Shown: positions 18,872 to 27,211 of the stretch, one piece after another
How positions within the stretch are numbered: position 1 is the stretch's first letter
How the letters are laid out: each line of letters opens with the position of its first letter
Source: Candidatus Parcubacteria bacterium
Lineage (GTDB): Bacteria > Patescibacteriota > Minisyncoccia > Phycocordibacterales > Zambryskibacteraceae
Length of the DNA: 64,000 bases
NCBI GenBank assembly: GCA_019658995.1
Contig: JAIFWN010000003.1
Location: 2,436-66,435, forward strand
Direction: 5' to 3'
Notes under the pieces: generated by a model
What the model saw: only the letters and a program-made list of their open reading frames with translations
The model's database searches: none
Told to the model about the DNA's origin: nothing
Translations under genes and position numbers: made by a program

Positions 18872-20632
18872 TTAGTTTTTTACGAATATGTTCCAGACTG
18901 AATTGGTCTCTATATACCAGTTTCTCGCATCTCTGAAGCGGTCCTGCGGGCTTCCAAGCTCTCCCAGTGCTACGCCGTTTACCGTTTTCGGCACTACGTA
19001 GAGGAAGTTCGGCGAGTAAAGGAATACGGCGGGGACATCTGCTCGCACGGCGGTATCGAAGGCCTGGTAGAGCATCTCGCGTTTGGCGGGATCACTCTCT
19101 GCCCGGGCATCCGTCAGAAGCTTGTCCACCTGGCTGTTGGCATAGAGAGCTATATTCAGTCCGGGATCATTTCTCTCGCTCGAGTGCCAGAACGGATAGA
19201 CGTCCGCATCTTTGCCTACAACTTCTCCGAAGAGTAGTGCGTCATAACGACGAGGACGGATGACATTCTGATTTAGATCACCCTGGTCATATATGGTGAC
19301 GCGCACATCGGCTCCCAGCTCGCTCCAGTCGGCCTTGAGCATATCGGCCACTGCCCGAAGTTCGGGGTTGTCACTAGTAGCGAGAGATAACGATAGTTTC
19401 AGTGTATCCTTTTTGGATTTTTTTTCAAGTATGCCTGTTTCGGAGTTCTTGGTCCAGCCGTTTTTCTCGAGGAGTGCGGAAGCGGCGGCCAGGCGCTCGG
19501 CTCTGGTTTTCGGCAAGGCGGCGTCATTTATGGAAGCAAAAAGGCCGGGAGGAAGCGGGCCTGATATGGGAGTGGCATAGCCGTCGAGCACATGATCTAC
19601 GATTTCTTGCTTGGGTGCAGACATATCAAGCGCCTGACGCACGGTCTTGTCGAGAAGTGCGCTGTTTGAGTTCTGATTGAAGAAGACTCCGAAAACCCTT
19701 GGCAGGGGAGCGGAGAGAATACGTGCACCCTTCTTCTTAAGTATAAGAGCTTCGTCCGGCGAGATGCCAGAGAGGCTCTCGATATCGCCTCCATCATAAG
19801 CATCAAGGAGATCGGCCTCGGAAGGGAAGAATTTGAAAACGTAATGAGCTATGTAAGGAGACCCGGCCACGCTCTCATCGAAAGGTGTGAGGTCGTAGTA
19901 ATTCGGAATACCTCCGTTATCACGGGTCACATTGTCGACCTTGTAAGGACCCGAACCTATGGGTAGGACATTCCACTGGCTGAACGAGAACTCGTCGTCG
20001 GTGACGGATGACCAGACGTGTTTCGGCAGGATACCGACTGTCAGGTTGTTTATGAAAGGCGCATAAGGACGCTTGAGGCTGAAAGTAACCGTAGAACTGT
20101 CGATCTTGTTTACCGTCACTCCGACAAAATCTCCGTAGAGGGGACTCTTGATGCCTGGGTCGAGGATCTTGCCGACTGTGAAGACGATATCGTCGGCTGT
20201 AATCCCCGCACCGTCGTGGAATACGGCACCCGGCTTAAGCTTGGCTGTGTAAGTCAGACCATCTCCGGAGACGGTCACACTCTCGGCAAGGTCTTCCGTG
20301 AGCTTGCCGCTCTTGTCGAAGCGCAGAAGCCCTGAGTATACGAGTGAGACCAGGTTCTTGTCGGCCTCCGAAATAGCCAGAACCGGGTTAATAAACCGCG
20401 GGTTGCCTATGATTCCCTCCGTAAGAGTGCCTCCGCGGAGCGGCACATCTACGAGGAAGGAATTGTTTACACGGAATAGGAGAATGACTGCGGAGAGTAC
20501 AAAGACCACGGTGAGGAAGAAGAAGACCGCCTTCTCGGCCAGGGTAAACTGGCGCAGAGCCTTCTCGGCATAGCGAATCTTCGGTATATGGAAACGCTTG
20601 GTAAAAAGCACTCGGAGTTCTTGGTATGTCAT
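18872..20632 (-). CDS. ABC transporter substrate-binding protein, family 5 (peptide/nickel type), membrane-anchored
   Basis: N-terminal TM anchor and a ~540-aa periplasmic-binding fold. No adjacent permease or ATPase genes. Confidence 0.7.
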   Translation of the reverse strand: MTYQELRVLFTKRFHIPKIRYAEKALRQFTLAEKAVFFFLTVVFVLSAVILLFRVNNSFLVDVPLRGGTLTEGIIGNPRFINPVLAISEADKNLVSLVYSGLLRFDKSGKLTEDLAESVTVSGDGLTYTAKLKPGAVFHDGAGITADDIVFTVGKILDPGIKSPLYGDFVGVTVNKIDSSTVTFSLKRPYAPFINNLTVGILPKHVWSSVTDDEFSFSQWNVLPIGSGPYKVDNVTRDNGGIPNYYDLTPFDESVAGSPYIAHYVFKFFPSEADLLDAYDGGDIESLSGISPDEALILKKKGARILSAPLPRVFGVFFNQNSNSALLDKTVRQALDMSAPKQEIVDHVLDGYATPISGPLPPGLFASINDAALPKTRAERLAAASALLEKNGWTKNSETGILEKKSKKDTLKLSLSLATSDNPELRAVADMLKADWSELGADVRVTIYDQGDLNQNVIRPRRYDALLFGEVVGKDADVYPFWHSSERNDPGLNIALYANSQVDKLLTDARAESDPAKREMLYQAFDTAVRADVPAVFLYSPNFLYVVPKTVNGVALGELGSPQDRFRDARNWYIETNSVWNIFVKN

Positions 20633-20643
20633 GAACTTGGCGT

Positions 20644-20871
20644 CTAGGCGCGGAAGAAGAGTGATGCGAATGAAGAGATGACGAAGAGTACGGCAACAGT
20701 AATAGTACCGATGAAAAGAAACTTCTCGAAGCCGCGGCGGGTATAACGGGTACTGTTCATCCCATCGGCGCCGAAGGCTGAGCCGAGGCCCGCTTCGCTG
20801 CGCTGCAGAAGAACTCCGCAGAGGAGAAGAATCGAAAGCACTACCTGTATGTAGGAAAGTAGAGTTGGCAT
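20644..20871 (-). CDS. secG: Preprotein translocase subunit SecG
   Basis: 75-aa two-TM protein (MPTLLSYIQVVLSILLLCGVLLQ ... FGADGMNS ... TITVAVLFVISSF) with SecG-like Gly-rich loop. The annotated upstream start (20922) is probably too long. Confidence 0.65.
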   Translation of the reverse strand: MPTLLSYIQVVLSILLLCGVLLQRSEAGLGSAFGADGMNSTRYTRRGFEKFLFIGTITVAVLFVISSFASLFFRA

Positions 20872-20945
20872 ATACCTACGAGTGACAATAATAGCACGTC
20901 GGTCTATTGACTTCAATCGCATATACGATATAAAATCGGCCCACT

Positions 20946-21263
20946 ATGAACAGACAAATCAAGAAGCTAAAGATCGTGCCCATGGGCGATAGGGTGCTTC
21001 TCAGGCCGGAGAGGGAAACGGAAGAGAAAAGAATCGGCAGTGTAAGGATCGTTCTTCCGGAAAGCGTGTCTAAGGAGAAGTCGGACCGCGGCAAGGTGGT
21101 GGCCGTGGGCGAAGGAAGGTTTGAGGACGGCAAATTGGTGCCCATGAGGGTGAAAGTCGGAGATGCGGTGATCTTCTCCAAATACGGATATGACGAGGTT
21201 AAGCTTGATGGAGAGGAACTCTATCTGGTAAAGGAAGACAGTATCCTCGCGGTAATCAAATAG
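20946..21263 (+). CDS. groES: Co-chaperonin GroES
   Basis: Mobile-loop and core signatures (PMGDRVLLRP, GKVVAVGEG, GDAVIFSKYG). Immediately upstream of groEL; sigma70-like TTGACT-16-TATAAA upstream. Confidence 0.85.
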   Translation: MNRQIKKLKIVPMGDRVLLRPERETEEKRIGSVRIVLPESVSKEKSDRGKVVAVGEGRFEDGKLVPMRVKVGDAVIFSKYGYDEVKLDGEELYLVKEDSILAVIK

Positions 21264-21266
21264 AAT

Positions 21267-22907
21267 ATGGCAAAAAAAATCTTATTCAACGAAGAGGCAA
21301 GGAGGAAGCTGAAGAGCGGTGTGGACCAGGTGGCAGACGCCGTGCGTATCACGATCGGACCGAGGGGACGTAATGTTGTCATTGATAGAGGTTTCGGCGC
21401 TCCGCAAATTACAAATGATGGCGTAACTATCGCAAAGGATATAACCCTCCCCGACAAGTTCGAGAATATGGGAGCCGAGATTGTGAAGCAGGTGGCCGAG
21501 AAAACAAATGATGTTGCCGGCGATGGCACCACAACCTCGGTCGTACTTACTCAGGCTCTGGTTAAGGCCGGATATGGAAAGATGCTCATGGGCGCCAATC
21601 CCATGGGTATAAGGCGCGGCATTGAAGCCGCTACCAAAGACGCCATCGAAGCCCTTAAGAAAATATCCAAACCTATAAAGACCGATGCTGAGGTCAAGCA
21701 GGTGGCCACTATCTCTGCGGAATCGGAAGAAGTCGGGAGAATTATCGCCGATACTATAAAGAAGGTCGGGAAGGACGGAGTAGTGACGGTCGAAGAGTCT
21801 GAATCTATGGGAGTGGACAGCGAAGTGGTGGAGGGTTTGGAGTTCGACAGGGGTTACATCTCTCCCTATATGGTTACAAATGCGGAAAGAATGGAGGCTT
21901 CATACCGCGATCCGCTCATACTGGTAACCGATAAAAAGATATCCTCGGTTAAGGAGATTCTTCCGCTTTTGGAGAAGATCGCTCAGACTGGCAAAAAGGA
22001 TTTGGTTATAATCGCTGAGGATGTCGATGGGGAGGCCCTGACGACCTTCGTTCTCAACAAGCTCCGCGGCGGATTCAATGTCCTTGCCATCAAGGCGCCT
22101 GGATACGGCGACAGGAAGAAGGAAATGTTAGGCGATATAGCTGTTACGGTCGGGGCTAAGGTTGTATCTGACGATACGGGAATGACCTTTGAAAATACAG
22201 ACATAGCTGTCCTCGGACGTGCCGCGAGAATCGCTGCCACCAAAGACAGTACCGTTATTGTCGGAGGCAAAGGCAAAAAATCTGATATAGAGGAAAGGGT
22301 TGCAACTCTCCGTGCGCAGAGGGAAGACGCATCATCGAAATTCGATAGCGAAAAGCTCGATGAGAGAATCGGCAAGCTCACCGGCGGAGTGGCAGTCATA
22401 AGGGTGGGAGCGGCCACCGAAACTGAGATGAAATATTTGAAATTGAAGATCGAAGATGCTGTGAACGCCACCAAGGCCGCTATCGCCGAAGGTATCGTAG
22501 CAGGAGGAGGAAGCGCACTCCTGAAGGTTTCCCATAAACTCGAAGCAAAATACAGATCATCTAACGAGGCCAAGTCCGCCGCTGAGAATGTCCAGTCGGC
22601 AGAATTCGCCGCAGGATATCTTGCTGTCGTCGAAGCTCTCAGGGAGCCACTGAGACAGATTGCCGAGAATGCTGGAAAGGACGCGGGAGTGATTCTAGAC
22701 AGCGTGGCCAAGGGTGGAGCGAACTCCGGTTACGATGCGCTCACTGATGTTTTTGTCCCGGATATGTTTGCCGCAGGTATCATAGATCCAGTCAAAGTTA
22801 CCAGAAGCGCGGTCGAGAACGCCTCAAGCGCCGTATCCATTCTTCTGACTACGGAAGTTGCCATAGCCGACGAGCCGGAGAAGGAAAAGAAAGAACCTGA
22901 GTTATAA
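21267..22907 (+). CDS. groEL: Chaperonin GroEL
   Basis: Full-length 546 aa with canonical motifs (GPRGRNVVI, AGDGTTT, GGGSALL). Confidence 0.95.
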   Translation: MAKKILFNEEARRKLKSGVDQVADAVRITIGPRGRNVVIDRGFGAPQITNDGVTIAKDITLPDKFENMGAEIVKQVAEKTNDVAGDGTTTSVVLTQALVKAGYGKMLMGANPMGIRRGIEAATKDAIEALKKISKPIKTDAEVKQVATISAESEEVGRIIADTIKKVGKDGVVTVEESESMGVDSEVVEGLEFDRGYISPYMVTNAERMEASYRDPLILVTDKKISSVKEILPLLEKIAQTGKKDLVIIAEDVDGEALTTFVLNKLRGGFNVLAIKAPGYGDRKKEMLGDIAVTVGAKVVSDDTGMTFENTDIAVLGRAARIAATKDSTVIVGGKGKKSDIEERVATLRAQREDASSKFDSEKLDERIGKLTGGVAVIRVGAATETEMKYLKLKIEDAVNATKAAIAEGIVAGGGSALLKVSHKLEAKYRSSNEAKSAAENVQSAEFAAGYLAVVEALREPLRQIAENAGKDAGVILDSVAKGGANSGYDALTDVFVPDMFAAGIIDPVKVTRSAVENASSAVSILLTTEVAIADEPEKEKKEPEL

Positions 22908-22928
22908 TAGGATTACTAATCAAAAAAT

Positions 22929-23486
22929 ATGAACAAAGGAATCATTGCTCTGGTTGTCGTTCTGGTTCTCTTGGTGATTTACGGATTCTCCGGTTATAAC
23001 AGCCTGGTGACGTTGAATGAAGGTGCAGATGCGCAGTGGTCCAAAGTGGAAGCACAATATCAGAGGCGCCTGGATCTCATCCCGAACTTGGTGAATTCAG
23101 TGAAGGGGGTGCTCACTCAGGAGCAGACTGTCTTCGGTGATATCGCAGCAGCCAGAACCGCATACGGCAGTGCGGCAACTCCAGACCAGAAAGCCGCCGC
23201 CGCAAGCCAGGTTGAAGGTGCACTCGGCAGACTTCTCGTCGTGATGGAAAATTATCCGCAACTCAACTCATCTCAGACAGTTCGCGACCTCATGACCCAG
23301 CTCGAAGGCACGGAAAACAGGATCTCAGTAGAACGTACGCGTTTCAATGATGCGGTTCTTGCATACAACACGGCTATCAAGCGGTTTCCGAAGAATATCC
23401 TTGCCGCAGTAACAGGTTTCGGTGAGCGTTCTTACTTCAAGGCGGCTAGCGGTGCCGAAGTCGCCCCCACGGTAAACCTGGAATAA
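22929..23486 (+). CDS. LemA family protein
   Basis: N-terminal TM anchor plus LemA core (YNSLVTLNEGADAQWSKVEAQYQRRLDLIPNLV ... FNDAVLAYNTAIKRFP). Confidence 0.8.
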   Translation: MNKGIIALVVVLVLLVIYGFSGYNSLVTLNEGADAQWSKVEAQYQRRLDLIPNLVNSVKGVLTQEQTVFGDIAAARTAYGSAATPDQKAAAASQVEGALGRLLVVMENYPQLNSSQTVRDLMTQLEGTENRISVERTRFNDAVLAYNTAIKRFPKNILAAVTGFGERSYFKAASGAEVAPTVNLE

Positions 23487-23490
23487 AAAC

Positions 23491-24339
23491 ATGAAGCGAG
23501 TTCTCTTCGCTTCTATCCTCACGCCTTTAGCGCTTTTTGCCTACGTTTCTCCGGGTTCTCCGAGAGGGTATGTGAACGATTTTGCCGGGATGCTTAGCTC
23601 AGGTACAGTCTCTTCTCTGGAGCAAAGTCTGAGCCGATTTGAAAATCAGTCCGGAGCCGAAATCGCCATAGTTACTGTACCCAATCTTGGCGGAGATACG
23701 GTTGAGAATTATGCCGTAAAGCTATTCGAAGAATGGAATATAGGCAAAAGTACGGAAGACAACGGACTCCTGCTTCTGATCTCACGCGACGATCGGCAAA
23801 TACGCATCGAGGTCGGCTACGGTCTTGAGCCAATCGTGACCGATATCGAGAGTGGCAGGATCATCCGTGAAATTATTACGCCGGCATTTCAAAATGGAAA
23901 CTATGACGAAGGTGTCACTCAGGCTGTAGCGAGATTCGAGTCTGATATAGGAGATGGTACTGCGCCTCCTGAGGATAATAATTCGCCGGAATTCGGTTGG
24001 GCCGGAGGGATCTTATACTTTATATTTTTCACCTTAACGGTATTGGGATCAATCTTAGGGCGCTCCAAATCTTGGTGGGCGGGCGGGGTAATAGGAGCCG
24101 GGCTTGCGGTTATTTTAGGATTCTTTTTCTCCTTAAAAGCGGCTATCTTTGCTGGAGTATTTCTTATACCTATTGGTTTGCTTTTTGACTTTCTGGTCTC
24201 GCGATCTTATCAGAAGCACAAGGACGGCGGACCTAAGCCCCCATGGTTCTTCGGCGGCGGCGGCGGCGGCGGACATGGCGGGTTCGGAGGTTTTGGCGGC
24301 GGAAGCTCCGGGGGTGGCGGAGCCAGCGGAAGATGGTAA
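23491..24339 (+). CDS. TPM-domain (TLP18.3/Psb32/MOLO-1 phosphatase-like) membrane protein with poly-Gly tail
   Basis: Signal peptide, TPM fold region (YVNDFAGMLS ... LLLISRDDRQIRIEVGYGLE), TM helices and a Gly-rich C-terminus. LemA-TPM is a conserved gene pair. Confidence 0.75.
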   Translation: MKRVLFASILTPLALFAYVSPGSPRGYVNDFAGMLSSGTVSSLEQSLSRFENQSGAEIAIVTVPNLGGDTVENYAVKLFEEWNIGKSTEDNGLLLLISRDDRQIRIEVGYGLEPIVTDIESGRIIREIITPAFQNGNYDEGVTQAVARFESDIGDGTAPPEDNNSPEFGWAGGILYFIFFTLTVLGSILGRSKSWWAGGVIGAGLAVILGFFFSLKAAIFAGVFLIPIGLLFDFLVSRSYQKHKDGGPKPPWFFGGGGGGGHGGFGGFGGGSSGGGGASGRW

Positions 24340-24348
24340 TCTAAATGT

Positions 24349-24954
24349 ATGAGTGAGGATGCTCTTAAACGCAAAATTGCCGAGCTTGAGAAGACGGTAG
24401 AGTCTTTAGAAAAAGACTTGATCCACGACAAGCTTACGGGGCTCAAAACCCGGGCCTTCTTTGAAGAAGAAGCCAGGATTTACTTCGATGTTGCTATGAA
24501 CGCGGCCATGGAACATGGTCCGAGGAGGAGACAGTGGTTCGGCTTTACTCATATCTCCTTTATATTCTTCGATATCGACCATTTCAAAAAGATCAATGAC
24601 ACTCTGGGTCACCCGGCCGGAGATGAAGTGCTGCAGTCCATAGCCGAGAGCATCAAGACCAGCGTCCGCGATGGTGATACTGCCGCACGCTGGGGCGGCG
24701 AGGAGATTGCCGTAACTCTCGTCGGAGCGACTGAACGCGATGCCTTCCACAAAGCCGAAGACATAAGGAGACAAGTGGAGAATACCCGCTTTGGCAAGTT
24801 CCCGGATCTGAAGATTACCATTTCTGCCGGAGTGGCTTCGGCCTCGCCCGGCGGAACCTTTGAAAAAACTTTGGAAAATGCCGATAAGGCTCTCTATGCA
24901 GCCAAAAATACCGGCCGCAACAGGGTCGTAACGTATTCAGAGATATCGAAATGA
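24349..24954 (+). CDS. GGDEF-domain protein (diguanylate cyclase-like) with N-terminal coiled coil
   Basis: DKLTGL substrate-binding motif, RxxD I-site (RDGD) nine residues before the variant GGEEI, and ALYAAK. About 40-aa coiled-coil N-terminus and no sensor domain. Confidence 0.7.
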   Translation: MSEDALKRKIAELEKTVESLEKDLIHDKLTGLKTRAFFEEEARIYFDVAMNAAMEHGPRRRQWFGFTHISFIFFDIDHFKKINDTLGHPAGDEVLQSIAESIKTSVRDGDTAARWGGEEIAVTLVGATERDAFHKAEDIRRQVENTRFGKFPDLKITISAGVASASPGGTFEKTLENADKALYAAKNTGRNRVVTYSEISK

Positions 24955-24968
24955 AGAGTCGGCCGATT

Positions 24969-25472
24969 CTAACCCCTCTTCCACTCGGTTTTAATGCCCT
25001 TGCGGCGGTTGTCGGCCATGACTAGCTCATCATAGATGCCGTCGATGAGGTCATAGTTTTTGGATTCTTCGAGGGTGACCCAGGCGCACTTGTCAGTCTC
25101 ATTTTCCTGTAGTATCACATCACCGGAGACATAGTCTGCCATGCAGGAGATGACGAGCGAGGGATTGCTGTCAGCATGAACTGTGGCCAGGCTTGTGACG
25201 TATTCGATATTCTCGATCTCTAGACCCACTTCTTCCTTAACTTCTCTTCTCAAGACTTTTTCCAAAACATTGTACCAATAGTCTTTGGTTTCTTTAGGCA
25301 GATTTATATAATCGTTGGTCTCGAGCTTGCCGCCGGGCACAGTCCACATACCTGGGAAACGCTTCTTGGTAGGAGATCTTCGAGTAATAAGATATTTGCC
25401 GTCTTTGACGATAATGGCTGTCATCACCACCTCGTGCAGGAGTTTGTTTTCCATGCAAACATTGTACACCAA
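24969..25472 (-). CDS. NUDIX hydrolase
   Basis: Nudix box GGKLETNDY ... REVKEEVGLEI. Confidence 0.7.
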   Translation of the reverse strand: MVYNVCMENKLLHEVVMTAIIVKDGKYLITRRSPTKKRFPGMWTVPGGKLETNDYINLPKETKDYWYNVLEKVLRREVKEEVGLEIENIEYVTSLATVHADSNPSLVISCMADYVSGDVILQENETDKCAWVTLEESKNYDLIDGIYDELVMADNRRKGIKTEWKRG

Positions 25473-25476
25473 ATAA

Positions 25477-25500
25477 AAAAGCTGACTTTGCGGTCAGCTT
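25477..25500 (-). terminator. Rho-independent terminator (minus strand)
   Basis: On the minus strand AAGCTGACCGCAAAGTCAGCTTTTTTATTTGG, immediately after the stop of the 25494..25979 gene. Confidence 0.5.
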
Positions 25501-25979
25501 GTAGTCACGACATCCTTCTTAAGGTCGAAGACCTTGGTCAGTCGCCAGTAGGCGAGGATTGGTTTCTCGCCTCGACAGCGTATTTCGCCGAGCTTTTTGA
25601 GAGCTGCCCGACCCCGCTGGTAAGGTCGATAGCCGAGAAGGATATTTCTTCCGGCAGCACCCAAAAATTTCCAAACTAAATGCCTGTCTCTTCTCAGATA
25701 TCTAAGGCAGATGACGAGGGATCCCGTTTCAGCCAGGAACTTCTCGTCGCCTTCGTTCTCAGCGATCTTTAAGTCGATCTTGCCGATGTAGGCCTCATCT
25801 TCCAAGAAAGGCTCACCGAGCTTAGGTTTGATTCCGATGTCGCCGCGCGCCTTTGAGACATTCTCGTATGGTAAAAAGTCCGGGAAGGAGAACTGCAGCA
25901 TCTTGGGGTGGAATCCCCAGATGTATGCGACTCCATCCGGCTTTTTGAACACATATACGTAGCCGTTTATGAATCGCAT
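25494..25979 (-). CDS. Hypothetical protein with GIY-YIG-like N-terminus
   Basis: Begins MRFINGYVYVFKKPDGVAYIWGF, resembling the GIY ... YIG beta-hairpin. Start moved to Met26 because the longer track ORF overlaps tRNA-Ser. Confidence 0.35.
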   Translation of the reverse strand: MRFINGYVYVFKKPDGVAYIWGFHPKMLQFSFPDFLPYENVSKARGDIGIKPKLGEPFLEDEAYIGKIDLKIAENEGDEKFLAETGSLVICLRYLRRDRHLVWKFLGAAGRNILLGYRPYQRGRAALKKLGEIRCRGEKPILAYWRLTKVFDLKKDVVTTS

Positions 25980-26041
25980 ATAGCCTCGTCCGCTTGTCTC
26001 TCGCCATACTAAAGTAGTTAGGGTATACTCGCAACACGTTA

Positions 26042-26126
26042 GGAGGGTTCGCATAGTGGTCTAGTGCGCACGCTTGGAAAGCGTGTGTGCCGCAAGGCAC
26101 CAAGAGTTCGAATCTCTTACCCTCCG
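26042..26126 (+). tRNA. tRNA-Ser (anticodon GGA), class II with long variable arm
   Basis: Acceptor GGAGGGT/ACCCTCC, anticodon loop TTGGAAA, long variable stem GTGCCGCAAGGCAC, T-loop AGTTCGAATCT. Confidence 0.85.
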
Positions 26127-26127
26127 C

Positions 26128-26619
26128 ATGGACATAAACGAAATTTATCGCAAGGAAATGAAGATTGCGGAGGAGATATATGGATCTCAAAGTGATCCCG
26201 ATCAGATACCAATTACGGAAGAATCTTTGCAGAAACTTTTAAGCTTGAGTCCGGATACCATTCCCTTTGTGCTAGACGATAAGGGAGAACCTATTTCCTG
26301 GCTGGTAGTCATCCCCTGTGACAACGAGAATACGGATAAATTTCTTAAAGAAGAGATTACTGAACGTGAATTCTTCAATAATCTCAAGCCGGCATCACAT
26401 TATGATGCTCTGTATATTTCCTCCGCGATCACTGTGCCCGCCCATCGGCGTAAGGGCTTAGCAGGAAGGCTCATAGTCGAAACGATCGATTTGTTTAAAC
26501 ATAAATATGGAGTTAAGAGAATTTTTGCCTGGCCATGGAGCAGAGAGGGTGGCGCGGCTATGGAGAAACTTAAATCTAAATACGATATTGAATTAAGAAG
26601 AGCGTTAGATCGCATTTAA
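26128..26619 (+). CDS. GNAT-family N-acetyltransferase (putative)
   Basis: Acetyl-CoA-binding-like motif VPAHRRKGLAGRL and C-terminal GNAT fold. Start moved to the ATG at 26128 (MDINEIY...) because the track ORF starts inside the tRNA. Confidence 0.55.
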   Translation: MDINEIYRKEMKIAEEIYGSQSDPDQIPITEESLQKLLSLSPDTIPFVLDDKGEPISWLVVIPCDNENTDKFLKEEITEREFFNNLKPASHYDALYISSAITVPAHRRKGLAGRLIVETIDLFKHKYGVKRIFAWPWSREGGAAMEKLKSKYDIELRRALDRI

Positions 26620-26681
26620 TGTGCTTAAGGTTGTAAGCGAAGCGGCGGCAAGCAATTGATAACTGATGCGTCTCCAGATAG

Positions 26682-27134
26682 ATGCAGCTCATATCACCAG
26701 ATTTTTTAAATGGGGGCAGTATTCCAGCACAGTTTACCTGTGATGGCAATGACATTAATCCGACTCTGGAAATCAGCGGAATACCTAAAGAGACAAAATC
26801 TTTAGCATTTGTCCTTGACGATCCTGATGCGCCATCAGGGACATTTACACACTGGATAGTCTGGAATATTCCACCCGTAACAGACAAAATCTTGCCAGGA
26901 ACCCTTCCTGTGGGATCAATAGAAGGATTAAATAGCGCTCACATGCTTGGTTATATCGGACCCTGTCCGCCGGTTGGTACACATAATTACATCTTCACAC
27001 TCTATGCTCTCGATGCGACATTGGATGACCTTGATCCGCAAAAAACCGGCAGGGGAGAGCTCTTCGACAAAATGACCGGACACATCATTGCTTCTACCGA
27101 GCTGGTCGGTTTGTATTGCAGAGTTCGAAAATGA
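26682..27134 (+). CDS. YbhB/YbcL-type PEBP-family protein
   Basis: PEBP signatures DPDAPSG and GPCPPVGTHNYIF; 150 aa. Confidence 0.8.
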   Translation: MQLISPDFLNGGSIPAQFTCDGNDINPTLEISGIPKETKSLAFVLDDPDAPSGTFTHWIVWNIPPVTDKILPGTLPVGSIEGLNSAHMLGYIGPCPPVGTHNYIFTLYALDATLDDLDPQKTGRGELFDKMTGHIIASTELVGLYCRVRK

Positions 27135-27211
27135 ATGTGGCGGCTCTAGTTGGGGATATTTTCATATATTTAAGGCTCAGCAGTTGCTAAAATATGGAGT
27201 AAGCAACGCCC

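Noticed and set aside
20860-20945. CIRCE heat-shock operator upstream of groES.
   Set aside because: TAGCACGTC resembles one CIRCE half-site (TTAGCACTC), but no matching inverted partner (GAGTGCTAA) follows at the 9-nt spacing; only a sigma70-like promoter is seen.
21983-22711. 242-aa minus-strand ORF within groEL.
   Set aside because: It is antisense to groEL; the Ala/Ser-rich composition is typical of reverse-strand frames of GC-rich codons.
26042-26126. Integrated mobile element at tRNA-Ser (tRNA genes are common integration sites).
   Set aside because: There is no integrase, recombinase or transposase, and no repeat of the tRNA 3' end in the window. The flanking genes are ordinary GNAT, PEBP and NUDIX.
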